Source of the DNA: an uncultured Methanosarcinales archaeon
GTDB taxonomy: Archaea > Nanobdellota > Nanobdellia > Woesearchaeales > GW2011-AR4
DNA length: 61,117 bases
Assembly (NCBI GenBank): GCA_964396095.1
Contig: CAYNCK010000088.1
Location: 1 to 61,117, forward strand
Direction of reading: 5' to 3'
The notes beneath the pieces were generated by a model. It saw nothing but the letters and a program-made list of their open reading frames with translations, was not told the origin of the DNA and searched no databases. The stretch's first letter is position 1; every line of letters begins with the position of its first letter. The position numbers were made by a program, and so were the translations under genes. Positions 18,142-30,749 of the stretch are shown here, one piece after another.

Positions 18142-19470
18142 TTAGCACAGATTTGCGGATAACATCCTGGTTAATTCTTTCTTAATATTCAATTTCTGCA
18201 ATTGCCATGTGGCAATAAGAGAAGCAAGAGTTTCATATGTTTTAGTTCCTTCGACGGAGCGGAATGCTCCGATAATTTTGCGAACCAAAACCGTTTCACG
18301 AATTGATTGTTCAGCATAATTATTGGTGGGCTGAACCCCTGCAATTTTAATGCAGGTGAACCAACTTTCAATATGAAAGTCTATGTATTTTGTGACTCTT
18401 TCAGATTCTTCATAGCGTGAATAATATTGAATAATTTTCTGTAGCTTCTTTGTCATTTGTGTATACTTGCGGAGCCTCTGTTTCTCACTTTTCTCTATCC
18501 TGTTAAATTTGATGATTTCATCAAACAGTACAGAGAGTTTTTTATGGAAATGCCTTCCGGAAACACTCTCAAGATATTTCGATTTACGAAGCAAATGCGC
18601 CCAACAGCGTTGCAATGTAGCTTTACTCAGGAAATCATACGCACGCCAGCAGTCGCAGACAACTATGCCTGCATAATTTTTCCCAAGTATCTCTTCAAGC
18701 ACATTATTTCCTCTATTGTTCCGTATGACTAGCAACATATCAGTATCTGATCTAAACACCCACACCCACCAATTTTTTCCAAGAACGCTGAAACTGGTTT
18801 CGTCGATGTAAAGCAATGATGCAGTTCTAATCTTCTGCTTAAGTAAAACATATTCTTTTTCTCCTGCTTGAGCTGCTCTTTCTATAATTGCCTGCACGCT
18901 GGCAGGCGCAAGCTTTAGTGCAAAGCTTGCTTCCAGAAAACTGGTTGTTTTTCTCAAGACACCTCTTACAATAAATTTCAGAAAAATAATCAGCACCATC
19001 AAATTTATACCGAATCTGCCTTGAAGGGGTGTTTGGTTATCTCTTGCTAAAAATTTCAGATGACATTTATTGCATTTGCAAATGTCACGGGTAATATTCA
19101 CTGCTTCTGGTTGAATATCGGGTGGTATTTCTTCCTGCTGTTGAAGCTTCTTGCCAATCACTTCAAAACTTTTGCTTTGACACCCGGGGCATTCTGTTCC
19201 AAATATATAACGCACATTTTGGGTTTCTTTTTTTGGCTTGTTTATTCCTTTATGGTCAAATGGCGCACCTCTCTTATGTGGTTTAACATCTACAGTTTTT
19301 GAATAAGCGGGTTTTAAATGAGGGTTGGCAGAAGGCGGAGTATTGGGGTTCTTGTACTTTCGAAGCTCTTTCTCAAGAGCTTCTTTTTCTTTTTTGACTC
19401 TGTTTAATTCTTTTTCCATCTCTAGAAACTTTTTTATGATTTCATCTTTTGAGAGAGTTGAGAGTATCAT
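18142..19470 (-). CDS. IS66 DDE transposase
   Basis: Coiled coil, NTPPS, Zn finger CPGC..CKCNKC, IDET, VCDCWRAY, QRCWAHLLR, PTNNYAEQSIR. Confidence 0.95.
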   Translation of the reverse strand: MILSTLSKDEIIKKFLEMEKELNRVKKEKEALEKELRKYKNPNTPPSANPHLKPAYSKTVDVKPHKRGAPFDHKGINKPKKETQNVRYIFGTECPGCQSKSFEVIGKKLQQQEEIPPDIQPEAVNITRDICKCNKCHLKFLARDNQTPLQGRFGINLMVLIIFLKFIVRGVLRKTTSFLEASFALKLAPASVQAIIERAAQAGEKEYVLLKQKIRTASLLYIDETSFSVLGKNWWVWVFRSDTDMLLVIRNNRGNNVLEEILGKNYAGIVVCDCWRAYDFLSKATLQRCWAHLLRKSKYLESVSGRHFHKKLSVLFDEIIKFNRIEKSEKQRLRKYTQMTKKLQKIIQYYSRYEESERVTKYIDFHIESWFTCIKIAGVQPTNNYAEQSIRETVLVRKIIGAFRSVEGTKTYETLASLIATWQLQKLNIKKELTRMLSANLC

Positions 19471-19604
19471 TTTTCAAGGAGAATTATTTTTATTTTTTTC
19501 CCGACCCACTCAATGGGAACATAGACACGACCGCTGTTTCCACTCTGGTTCACTTGTTTCTCAAGCATTTCAAAACCAATGAGTTGAATCTTAGTTTCTT
19601 TCAC
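19467..19604 (-). CDS. DUF2080-like transposon-associated small protein (45 aa, GTG start; not in ORF track)
   Basis: MKETKIQLIGFEMLEKQVNQSGNSGRVYVPIEWVGKKIKIILLEK; its TGA overlaps the transposase ATG (ATGA); TATAAATA ~26 bp upstream. Confidence 0.75.
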   Translation of the reverse strand: MKETKIQLIGFEMLEKQVNQSGNSGRVYVPIEWVGKKIKIILLEK

Positions 19605-19621
19605 TAGCTACAAAGTAGCTA
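19605..19621. promoter_or_regulatory. Candidate operator in the IS66 promoter
   Basis: Inverted repeat TAGCTAC-AAA-GTAGCTA between TATA (19627-19634, minus strand) and GTG start. Confidence 0.55.
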
Positions 19622-19712
19622 ACAAGTATTTATACTTTTAGGTGCTGTAGAATATACTTAATAGTCAGAAACCTAAAAATGAGAGAAATTAGCTAAACAA
19701 ATACAATCAAAT

Positions 19713-20184
19713 CAATAACATTAAAAAAATTCTTCCTGAATTGGAATTAAAGCAAAAACTTTCAAAAGAAGTTTCTGAAATATCAGTCTACAAGTCAATG
19801 AATGGAATAGAAACAATATTTTCAGTTATTTTAAATTCCATTGACAAAAACGAGGAGTATTATGTTTTCGGCGCAAGAACCGGGGCAACTGAGGCTCAAA
19901 GAATATTTCTGTTAAAATATCATGAAAAAAGAATTGCTAAGGGTTCTAAATTAAAAATATTGTTCAGCAAGGATACAAAAAATATAACTCATCCTTATGA
20001 AAAAATGAAATTAACTAAAGTTAAATATATGAGTCCCGGCTTGATTAGCCCAACTCAAACAATGATTGTTAAGGATAAAACAATTATTATTTTATGGAAA
20101 GAAAATCCAATTGGAATAATGATTGATAACCAAGAAATAGCGGAAAGCTACAAGAAATATTTCTGGTTTCTGTGGAATTATTAA
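19713..20184 (+). pseudogene. TrmB-family regulator, 3' part (effector domain)
   Basis: Continues ...KNQ/INNIKKILPELELK in frame; reconstructed protein is 247 aa. Confidence 0.85.
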
Positions 20185-20297
20185 TTTTCATTGCCATAAT
20201 TGTATATGGGGTTTCTTTTTGTAAAGGAGAGGGGCATACTTGTTGATTGTTACTTGTATATAGTAAAATTTTTAAATAATCCTTACTTACTTAAGAT

Positions 20298-21374
20298 ATG
20301 AAGGTTATCCATTTTGACTGTGGTTTTGTTAGGGGTAGGGGTATATCAAATTCTATAGCAACAACATTAAAAGAAATACGCTCTAAACATGATTACCTAA
20401 CCCTTGAGGTGATATGTAACGAGTCATTTGGTCTTAGAGAAGATGGATTTCCTTCCGATGTGAATATAACTGCAAAAAACAGAAGAAAATTTTTAGGATA
20501 CTCCTATTTTTCATTGTATCCAGATTTACTAAGTTTAGAAACAACTGATGAAACTGTAATTCACATACATAACCCAATTTTAGTTTGGCCCCTACTTATG
20601 AAAAAAGGTAAAAGAGTTATAACATGGCACGGAAATAACAATCAAAATTGGAATGACTCAGGATTTGGTTCTTTCCCAAGGAGAGCTTTGAGAAAGGGTT
20701 TTTTAGACTTATCAACATATATGTTAAGAAAACTGGACAAAGTGGTTACTATATCTGATTTTCTCAGAAACGAACTTGTGGGTTATTATAGAATGCCGCC
20801 AAAATTAACAGATCGTATTTATTGGGGAACAGATGTTAATGCCTTCAAGCCTGCTGATTCTGATATGAGTTACATGCTATTTGTAGGTAGGCATGTTTCA
20901 TATAAGAACATAAGAAATTTAATTGATTTAGCGCAGGAATTAAGTTTACCACTAATCTGTGCTGGTGACGGGGTTGAAAGAAAAAAATTAGAAGACTACG
21001 CTAAACATAAAGGTGCCCGGGTTAAATTCATGGGGAATATTCCATTGAAGGAGCTCATAAAACTATACCAAGAATGCAGTTTCTATGTAACTGCTTCTAA
21101 ATGGGAAGGTTTTGGATTGCCGCTGATTGAAGCAGCTGCCAGTGGCAAACCAGCGATAGCACCTGATAATAGCGCCCATTCAGAGATTGTTGTTGATAAA
21201 AAAACAGGCTTAATTTATAGAAATAAAACAGAGCTTTTTGAATCAGCAAAATCATTAATTACCGATCCGGTAAGAAGAATGGATTTAGGATTAGCAGCTA
21301 GAGCGCATGCAGTCGAAAGATTTGATATACGCCAAACTGCTGAATTGTATGCGCAGGTTTATCTCGGAATTTAA
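20298..21374 (+). CDS. Glycosyltransferase family 4 (GT-B)
   Basis: LFVGRHVSYKN, AGDG.E, WEGFGLPLIEAAASGKP. Confidence 0.9.
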   Translation: MKVIHFDCGFVRGRGISNSIATTLKEIRSKHDYLTLEVICNESFGLREDGFPSDVNITAKNRRKFLGYSYFSLYPDLLSLETTDETVIHIHNPILVWPLLMKKGKRVITWHGNNNQNWNDSGFGSFPRRALRKGFLDLSTYMLRKLDKVVTISDFLRNELVGYYRMPPKLTDRIYWGTDVNAFKPADSDMSYMLFVGRHVSYKNIRNLIDLAQELSLPLICAGDGVERKKLEDYAKHKGARVKFMGNIPLKELIKLYQECSFYVTASKWEGFGLPLIEAAASGKPAIAPDNSAHSEIVVDKKTGLIYRNKTELFESAKSLITDPVRRMDLGLAARAHAVERFDIRQTAELYAQVYLGI

Positions 21375-21405
21375 TTAGTGGTTATATCTGTATGTTTCTG
21401 ATTTT

Positions 21406-22953
21406 TTACTCGTATTCAATCGTTGCCGGCGGCTTTTGTGAAATATCATACAAAACCCTATTTACCCCTCTTACTTCATTAATAATCCTGCTTGATATAT
21501 TTTCCAATAATTCGTTTGGAAGCTTTGCCCAGTCAGCAGTCATTGCATCAAGGCTGGTCACAGCCCTTAATGATATAATATATTCATAAGTTCTTGCGTC
21601 GCCCATGACTCCGACAGATTTCACAGGCAGCAAGGCTGCGAATGCCTGCCATGTCTTTTCATAATATCCTGAATTTTTTAATTCATCAATGAAAATATAA
21701 TCTGCCTCTCTTAAAATTCTCAATCTTTCTTCTGTAATCTCGCCTAAAATTCTTATTGCCAATCCCGGCCCCGGAAACGGATGCCTGTTTAGGATATTAT
21801 CTGGAATCTTAAGCTCTTTTCCAAGCTTTCTAACTTCATCCTTGTAAAATTCCTTAAGCGGCTCAATTACTTTAAGTTTCATCTTGTCTGGCAAAGTTAC
21901 GTTATGGTGGCTTTTTATTTTTGAAGCAAATTTTGTCGGCTGCGCGCTTTCAATCCTATCAGGATAAATCGTGCCCTGCCCAAGAAATTTTATAGCCTTG
22001 TGCTTTTTTTCAAGCTCAATAACCTTGTTCTCAAAAACTTCAATGAATGTGTGCCCGATTATTTTTCTTTTTTGCTCAGGGTCGGTAATTCCTTTCAGCC
22101 TTTCAAGGAATATAGCGGATGCATCAATAAAATGAAAATGCCTGAATTTCAGCTGTTTCTCAAAAAAATCCCTTACCTCTTCCCCCTCATTTTTCCTTAT
22201 TAGACCATGGTCGACAAAAACGCAAAATAGCCCGTTTCCTATTGCCTTGTGGATTAAAGTTGCTGCAACAGCACTGTCAACTCCTCCTGAAACTCCCATT
22301 ATCACGGAATTTTTTCCAATATCTTTTTTTATTTCATTGATAAGTTTTTTAGCCAAGTCTTTTATGTGCCAGTCCCTCTTCGCTTTGCAAATTTCAAAAA
22401 CAAAATTTTTTAGGATTTCATTTCCTTTTGGAGTATGGGCAACTTCAGCATGAAACTGTACCCCATACAGTTTTTTTTCATTGTTTTCAAATGCAGCTAT
22501 TTTGCAGGAATCTGTTGAAGCTAAAATTTCAAAATCCTTTGGAAGCTCTGAAACCAAGTCACCATGGGACATCCAGACCTGCTCTGTTTTTAACAGTCCC
22601 TTCAGCAGCTTCCCGTTTTTCTTCACATGCAAATCTTTGCTTCCGAATTCCTTTAGCTTGCCACCTTGCACAGTTCCACCGACAAATTTTCCCATAAGCT
22701 GGAGCCCGTAGCAAATTCCCAAGACAGGAATCCCCAGCCGGAGTATTTTCCCGTCCATTGTCGGCGCATTGTGCTCGTAAACGCTAGCAGGCCCTCCCGA
22801 GAGAATTATGCCATCTGGCTTTAATTCCCCGATTTTCTTTAAAGAAACATCGCATGGCAGGATCTCAGAATAAACTCCCAAGTCTCTGACTCTTCTTGCA
22901 ATCAAGTGGCAGTATTGCCCTCCGAAGTTTAAGACTAAAATCATTTTCTTCAA
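21406..22953 (-). CDS. guaA: GMP synthase (glutamine-hydrolysing), fused two-domain form
   Basis: LGICYGLQ, QFHAEV, SGGVDS, IKSHHNV, RHPFPGPGLAIR, KPPATIEYE. Confidence 0.97.
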   Translation of the reverse strand: MKKMILVLNFGGQYCHLIARRVRDLGVYSEILPCDVSLKKIGELKPDGIILSGGPASVYEHNAPTMDGKILRLGIPVLGICYGLQLMGKFVGGTVQGGKLKEFGSKDLHVKKNGKLLKGLLKTEQVWMSHGDLVSELPKDFEILASTDSCKIAAFENNEKKLYGVQFHAEVAHTPKGNEILKNFVFEICKAKRDWHIKDLAKKLINEIKKDIGKNSVIMGVSGGVDSAVAATLIHKAIGNGLFCVFVDHGLIRKNEGEEVRDFFEKQLKFRHFHFIDASAIFLERLKGITDPEQKRKIIGHTFIEVFENKVIELEKKHKAIKFLGQGTIYPDRIESAQPTKFASKIKSHHNVTLPDKMKLKVIEPLKEFYKDEVRKLGKELKIPDNILNRHPFPGPGLAIRILGEITEERLRILREADYIFIDELKNSGYYEKTWQAFAALLPVKSVGVMGDARTYEYIISLRAVTSLDAMTADWAKLPNELLENISSRIINEVRGVNRVLYDISQKPPATIEYE

Positions 22954-23048
22954 CCTTTTTCTTCACAAGAAAAAGCTTGACCAAAAAGAACTCGTCAAGC
23001 TTGAAGGGGCGTAAAGCCCCTATTCTTGTTTTATTAAATTTTATTCAT

Positions 23049-24176
23049 TCATGTACAAATAAAATCCAACTTTCCTTCTTCTAATGCTTTTCTTATTTCC
23101 AAAGCAATCCTTTCACCATATGAAATTGAAAATCCGTACAAGTATCCTGAATATGGGGTAAATAAAGTTCCCGGGCTTCCCGGGATTCTCATTGAAACAT
23201 CAAAAATCACAATCTCTTCTTTTCCTTCTTCTGCAACAACAGATCCTTGCAGCGCAAAAGGCCCTATTATTCCGGCAGGATGGTTCTTTTTGGTTGCGGC
23301 TACAAAATTTTCCCCAATGTCAAATATTTTTTCAAGCAAAGATTCCTTGACGGTAACATTGAAATGGCCTGTTTCAATATATTTTACTTTTACATGCTTC
23401 AAAACTTCCATCTGCTCTGTTGCAGGCAGCCTTAAAATCCCGTCAAGATTTGTCTGCCTTCTTGCATCAGTCCCCATAAGTTCAAGCGAATCATTTAAAG
23501 GGCTGTAGAAAAAATTAAAGTTTACATGTGCGCCGATTGCATATTCCTCAATGACCGCCTTTGCCAAATCTTTTTTTGTAATTATTTTTTTATTTAATAA
23601 TTCATTTGATTTTTGAACATAGTCTTTGTAATTTGAAGCAAGGAAAAACGCCCTTTCATAGCCTCTTTTCGCCTCTGCAACTTTAACAATAACCAGCCTG
23701 TCGATTTTTTTAGGGTCTTTGAATATCTTTGGAATTCTGATTCCGGCTTTTTCCAGAAGGTAATACTGGTTTTTTGGAACATCTCTTTCTTCAAGCTTTA
23801 CCATGTCTCTTGTTCCATAAATCGGCACTAAAAATTTGTTTTCAATGTCCTTAAAATTGCAGTAAACCCAGAAATACCTGTTGTGGATGAAAATTGTGTT
23901 TCTTTTCCTCAATTCTTCCTGGACTTCCTTTTTTGTAATATCGGAAAATTTATTTACAATTATAACATCATCAACAAAACCTATTCCTTCCCTTCTCCGG
24001 TAGTATTTGCTGTATGTTTTTTCCCTTCCTTTCTGGCAAACAACCAAAGTCTTGAATCCGTGAGAATGAGCGCCTCTGCACACGTCGAGCGCAGAATGGC
24101 CACCGAGCACGCCTATGGTTATGTTTTTCTTGTCATAATTTTCCAGTATTTTTGAGATTTGGTTGCAGGTTATCAT
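23049..24176 (-). CDS. purP: PurP-like formate-dependent ATP-grasp ligase, paralogue 1
   Basis: GGHSALD, ERAFF, NFNFFYS, GPFALQ, RIPGSPG. Confidence 0.85.
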   Translation of the reverse strand: MITCNQISKILENYDKKNITIGVLGGHSALDVCRGAHSHGFKTLVVCQKGREKTYSKYYRRREGIGFVDDVIIVNKFSDITKKEVQEELRKRNTIFIHNRYFWVYCNFKDIENKFLVPIYGTRDMVKLEERDVPKNQYYLLEKAGIRIPKIFKDPKKIDRLVIVKVAEAKRGYERAFFLASNYKDYVQKSNELLNKKIITKKDLAKAVIEEYAIGAHVNFNFFYSPLNDSLELMGTDARRQTNLDGILRLPATEQMEVLKHVKVKYIETGHFNVTVKESLLEKIFDIGENFVAATKKNHPAGIIGPFALQGSVVAEEGKEEIVIFDVSMRIPGSPGTLFTPYSGYLYGFSISYGERIALEIRKALEEGKLDFICT

Positions 24177-24265
24177 TTTTATTTATTTTATGATATTATA
24201 AATTGTCAATTGATATCTTAAATTATCATTGATATACAATTCTTGAATTTGTTTTTGAAATATAA

Positions 24266-24589
24266 TCATAAATATTCATATTTTGTATATAATTTATCAT
24301 CTACATAAACTTCATTCCACAATTTTCCAAAATAGGGATATAATAAAGGAATTTTCCAAGTCATGTTTATCGTATGTTTTTCTTTTTTACCAACTTTAAA
24401 ATTAAATTTTGTTTTTACAAAAGGTAAAAAACAACTTTTAAGGTAAGGCAAATCTATTGGTTCATTATTTACTTTAATTGTAACAACTCTTCCACCTTGT
24501 AACAATACAGGAAGCCTAAGCTTCCAGTCTATTTTTGACACTTCTCTTTTGCCAACTTTAAACGAAAAATTTGTTGAATTAAAAGTCAT
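24266..24589 (-). CDS. Hypothetical protein (107 aa)
   Basis: AT-rich ORF inserted between the two purP paralogues. Confidence 0.55.
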   Translation of the reverse strand: MTFNSTNFSFKVGKREVSKIDWKLRLPVLLQGGRVVTIKVNNEPIDLPYLKSCFLPFVKTKFNFKVGKKEKHTINMTWKIPLLYPYFGKLWNEVYVDDKLYTKYEYL

Positions 24590-24611
24590 TTTTTGTGTTT
24601 TGGATTCTTAT

Positions 24612-25625
24612 TCATCCCAAAATCTTCTTCATCTGGTTTGTTTTAATGGCATTCTTTATCTCGATTGCAATCCTTCTTCCTGTTGACATCGGCTTGTTGT
24701 ACTTCAGCCAGGTATATGGCGAGCCATCAATATATGGATTCGTTCCTGCAACAATCCTCGCTGAAATCTCAAATACAAAAATTTCCTCTTCCGGAGTCAG
24801 AATTGTTTCAAGGCAAAAAGGGCCGAACAATCCGGGCGGAGCAAGTTTTTTTGAGGTTTCAACAACAGATTTTCCCATCTGGATTAATCTCGGCAAAAAT
24901 GATTCACGGACGACAACTGGGATGTTTCCTACAATAACATAGCTTGGGTCAATCTTTGGCAAAACAATCTGGTCTCTTGCTGAAATTCTTCCCAAAGAAT
25001 CAACATTGCTTTCGTACCTTATGTCCATTCCCATAATTTCTATTTCATTTGTCAATGAGGAATAAAAGTAATGTATAAATAAAGGAACCCCTATAATATA
25101 CTCCTGTATAACATATTTCCTTAGCTTATATGGCCTGATTTTTTTATTGAAATCTTTTTCATCTTTGGCGAGGAAATATCCTTTTCCCCCCTCTGCGCCC
25201 ATGAACTTGACAATTACGAGCCTGTCTATATCTTTTGGCTTGTCAAGGAGCAATGGAACCTTGAAGCCGGAATTTTTCAGCCACTGCCTTTCCAAGTACC
25301 TGTCGCTTTCCCACTTTAGAATTTTCTTGTTGCCGTAGTAATCTACTTTTAATTTTTCAACTTCCTGAAAGCCCATGTAAGTCACAAAAGAGCCGTGCGG
25401 AATAATGATTGCATTTTTCTTAATCAGTTCATCCTGAATTTTAGGAAAATTCTTGTATGAATCTATGCTTATAATTTCATCTGCTGAATTAAACATCCTG
25501 TATGGCTCTTCAGAGCCTTTCTTGCAGACTGCGATTGTCTTAAAGCCTTCGTCATGCGCTCCCTTGAATATTTGCAGTGCAGAATGAGAACCTATTGTTG
25601 CAATCTTGTATTTTGGCTGCGCCAT
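24612..25625 (-). CDS. purP: PurP-like formate-dependent ATP-grasp ligase, paralogue 2
   Basis: IATIGSHSALQI, IPHGSF, GGKGYF, GPFCLE, FEISARIVAGTN, MSTGRRIA. Confidence 0.88.
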   Translation of the reverse strand: MAQPKYKIATIGSHSALQIFKGAHDEGFKTIAVCKKGSEEPYRMFNSADEIISIDSYKNFPKIQDELIKKNAIIIPHGSFVTYMGFQEVEKLKVDYYGNKKILKWESDRYLERQWLKNSGFKVPLLLDKPKDIDRLVIVKFMGAEGGKGYFLAKDEKDFNKKIRPYKLRKYVIQEYIIGVPLFIHYFYSSLTNEIEIMGMDIRYESNVDSLGRISARDQIVLPKIDPSYVIVGNIPVVVRESFLPRLIQMGKSVVETSKKLAPPGLFGPFCLETILTPEEEIFVFEISARIVAGTNPYIDGSPYTWLKYNKPMSTGRRIAIEIKNAIKTNQMKKILG

Positions 25626-25740
25626 ATCATGGGGTAGATGAAGTATTATATAAATTTTACCACTTTAAGAGATAACATTGATATTGTTTACAATATGGAA
25701 AAGAAAGATACTATTAATAATACACGAACAAATCATCTGA

Positions 25741-26043
25741 CTATTTCAATTCACTTATCCTCTTATCGAGTATATTAATCTGTTCTTTCAGCCCGAGAAT
25801 CTCCAAGGCGCTGTTCAAATCATCAATTTCAGACTCTGATGGGCTTTTCCCTTTTGCAAGCTGCTTTTTGAAATCCAAAACTTTCTTTTCAATATCTTTT
25901 CTTGTCATTTTTTCCATTTTAGGCAGAAATTTTGAATTAATTTTGCTCCTTGCAGAATTCAGTTCCTGCTCAAAATGATTTTTCATTTTCATTAATTCCT
26001 GAATTTGCCTACCCTTATTTTTCCCAAAGAATGAACTGACCAT
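25741..26043 (-). CDS. Hypothetical helical protein (100 aa)
   Basis: ATG ORF, coiled-coil-like composition. Confidence 0.55.
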   Translation of the reverse strand: MVSSFFGKNKGRQIQELMKMKNHFEQELNSARSKINSKFLPKMEKMTRKDIEKKVLDFKKQLAKGKSPSESEIDDLNSALEILGLKEQINILDKRISELK

Positions 26044-26121
26044 GTGGATTTCAATCTTTAATTACTATTTAAACATTTCTAATCTTTGTTTTGTTATCAA
26101 AACATTTATAAAAAATCCTAA

Positions 26122-28271
<2,150 letters not shown>

Positions 28272-28322
28272 TAATGTGTAACAATTGAGATTTATTTAAA
28301 AATTTTTGGTGGAAATATTAAT

Positions 28323-29411
28323 TTATTTTTTCCCATTAATTCTATCATAACACCCTTGTAAAATTGGAATGCTGAACCTGAAAATCTCAGCTGTGTTGTT
28401 GCCCCTCCTTCTTAAATTCGGATTGAAATCTACCCTGATCCCAGTATCTAGATTATAATTATGGTCAAGGTAAGGGGTTTTTCTATATCTTTGGCTACCT
28501 TTGAAGAAAGTTCTTGCATCATTGGAATCGCTGTTCAGGAATTCTTGTGAAGCCTTTATGACCTCTGCCATCGCTGAAACTGACATGCCAAATAGTTTGT
28601 CAACAGAGTAAGGGAAAATTGGATTGCCTGATTTATCATGTAAAGCTAAAGTTCTTATCCTTTTTTCTTCGTCCGGATTTAAATCCTTTACAGGTTCTAG
28701 AGCGAACAAGCCTTTTGGAAGCTTGCTTGAGAATAAGCCATAAGCTGCCCTAAATGCGCTTATTGTATCCCTATAGGCATCAAGGATAGGATTCCTTGGG
28801 TCTTCAGGACGGGAAAAGTACTTTTCAAAATCCGGAATTACATTCCTATAAACACCATTCATTGATTTTAAAAACATCTCATAGACCTCTTTGTCCAAAG
28901 TCCTATCGCTGTCATCAGCGTGGCAGACAATTTTTTCCTGAATTCCGTATCTGAAGGGGTTACTGCCCCTTTTAGTTTTCATCAAATAGGCATCAATCAT
29001 TGCTTCCAGGCGCTTGTGCTTGTCATATGACAATCTTGGATGTTTCTCCCAATGGTCCCCGGTTGACATGTAAATCAATGGGTGCATGACGGCATCAGTC
29101 ACAACATGGGAATAATACCCATATGCAAATGCTTTTAATTTTTGCTTAACTTCCGGATCATCCTGCTCTTTGATGTGATTAAGCATTGAGCAGAAAAAAT
29201 TCAGCGGCTGCTCCCAATGAAGAATATTGGACACATCCCACCCATATTTACTAGGATATTTACTTGCAAATTCTGGAAACCTTCCAAGAAGATAAAATAA
29301 ATCCGGCCCGAATGCCCCAAGCGAAGCGAAATTTTGGAAATTGCCCAAATCTATTCCGGCTAATTTGACGGCATCTTCAAGAGCAAGCAGATGGGTGTTT
29401 GGGTGCGGCAT
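28323..29411 (-). CDS. Zinc-dependent phospholipase C / S1-P1 fold protein
   Basis: MPHPNTH, GAFGPDLFY, ILHWE, GYYSHVVTDAVMHP, HKRLEAMID metal-ligand pattern; no signal peptide. Confidence 0.8.
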   Translation of the reverse strand: MPHPNTHLLALEDAVKLAGIDLGNFQNFASLGAFGPDLFYLLGRFPEFASKYPSKYGWDVSNILHWEQPLNFFCSMLNHIKEQDDPEVKQKLKAFAYGYYSHVVTDAVMHPLIYMSTGDHWEKHPRLSYDKHKRLEAMIDAYLMKTKRGSNPFRYGIQEKIVCHADDSDRTLDKEVYEMFLKSMNGVYRNVIPDFEKYFSRPEDPRNPILDAYRDTISAFRAAYGLFSSKLPKGLFALEPVKDLNPDEEKRIRTLALHDKSGNPIFPYSVDKLFGMSVSAMAEVIKASQEFLNSDSNDARTFFKGSQRYRKTPYLDHNYNLDTGIRVDFNPNLRRRGNNTAEIFRFSIPILQGCYDRINGKK

Positions 29412-29412
29412 T

Positions 29413-30204
29413 TTATTTTAAACCTAGCTCAATTTGATTCAGCCTATTAAGCATAATCCAATAAGGCAATTCATTTCTGAAAATAGTTGACTTGATTATG
29501 TCTTCAACACTATGTTTTACATTTTGGTTCAATCGGTTTTCGTTTTGCAGCATGCTGAATCCGTAACCTTCAATATTATTGGAATCAGAATTATCATGCG
29601 GATAAACTTCAAAATGATAGCTCCTTTCATTTATCCCGTTGCCGCCTGCACTGCCTGCATAAGAGTGGAATGAAACATATGGTATACTTTTTTCACCATT
29701 TTCAATTAAAGTTATTGCATAATATCCATCTAATTTAAAGAATTCAAATTTTAATTTGCTATTTGGCACAATAAAAGTCCCTTGGAGCCCTCCATTTTCT
29801 TTTATTCTCTCAACAGAATCAACAACAGCATCTAGTGATATTAATGTGTAAAATGACATTAACTCGCGCAAATTAGGATTTTCTGTCTGGAATGAAGGGA
29901 GGGCGAGCTCAAGCCCGTATTTATATACATCAAAATCAGCAGGCACATCGGCTTCAGAAATTCCTAAAATTGAACCATGGCTTAGCCTTATTCTATTGCC
30001 GAGCATGTCTTGATAGGGATGATAATAACTTTTCTGCATGGGGAGATTCTGTGTTTTGATTGTTTCCATTTCCCTTATCTTTGGATGTTGGGATGAATTC
30101 CTAGCAACAGTTTTATCATTACATGCAAACTTTCCAATTCCGCCTAATGCACCTATCGCCATGAGCGACCAAAGCAATATTTCGTCCAAGTTTTTCTTTT
30201 GCAT
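29413..30204 (-). CDS. Hypothetical N-terminally membrane-anchored protein (263 aa)
   Basis: ILLWSLMAIGALGGIG TM segment; stop is 1 bp from the PLC-like gene start. Confidence 0.65.
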   Translation of the reverse strand: MQKKNLDEILLWSLMAIGALGGIGKFACNDKTVARNSSQHPKIREMETIKTQNLPMQKSYYHPYQDMLGNRIRLSHGSILGISEADVPADFDVYKYGLELALPSFQTENPNLRELMSFYTLISLDAVVDSVERIKENGGLQGTFIVPNSKLKFEFFKLDGYYAITLIENGEKSIPYVSFHSYAGSAGGNGINERSYHFEVYPHDNSDSNNIEGYGFSMLQNENRLNQNVKHSVEDIIKSTIFRNELPYWIMLNRLNQIELGLK

Positions 30205-30225
30205 TTTATAATATAATTTTTTATT

Positions 30226-30645
30226 TTATCCTCTTCCAATCTCTTTTTTATAGCTTACTTTCTCGCCGGTTTCTATTCTTTGATAGCCGGCACTTGGCAA
30301 AGCTGAAATAAATGCCTCATTTGCATCATGATTAAGGCAGCAATAGCCTGAAAAATTCTGATTGTTATTCAGCCAAAATGCAATAATCCCGTCGGCTGAT
30401 ACGCCCTGCCTTAAAAAATAAACTAAATCTGTTTTTACAGGAGTAAACCTCCCTGAATAAGCCGCAATTTCAACTTGAGGAGAATATCTGTTGTTTGACG
30501 GCGCAGTTTTAACGAAGCTGAGCCTATGCCCTCGATCGGTTTTTTTCAGGCTTTCACCTAATAATCGCGCAAGTTCTTTGCTTTCTGCCCTGAGCAATAA
30601 CCTAGAGCTAACTTTTAATTCCAATCCTGACAATAGGCTTAACAT
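30226..30645 (-). CDS. Hypothetical protein (139 aa)
   Basis: ATG ORF co-directional with the downstream cluster. Confidence 0.55.
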   Translation of the reverse strand: MLSLLSGLELKVSSRLLLRAESKELARLLGESLKKTDRGHRLSFVKTAPSNNRYSPQVEIAAYSGRFTPVKTDLVYFLRQGVSADGIIAFWLNNNQNFSGYCCLNHDANEAFISALPSAGYQRIETGEKVSYKKEIGRG

Positions 30646-30749
30646 TTTTTACAAAATATTTTTATATATAAATGCACAAGAACCTCTTTTATGCATGAAA
30701 CAAGAACTTAGTATTTAAACCTTTTCCACAGGAATTTTTAGCCTTAATA

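Larger units (their letters stand above)
18126..19704 (-). mobile_element. IS66-family insertion sequence, 1579 bp
   Basis: Perfect 14-bp TIRs GTATTTGTTTAGCT (18126-18139; reverse complement at 19691-19704); 8-bp TSD AATCAAAT (18118-18125, 19705-19712). Confidence 0.95.
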
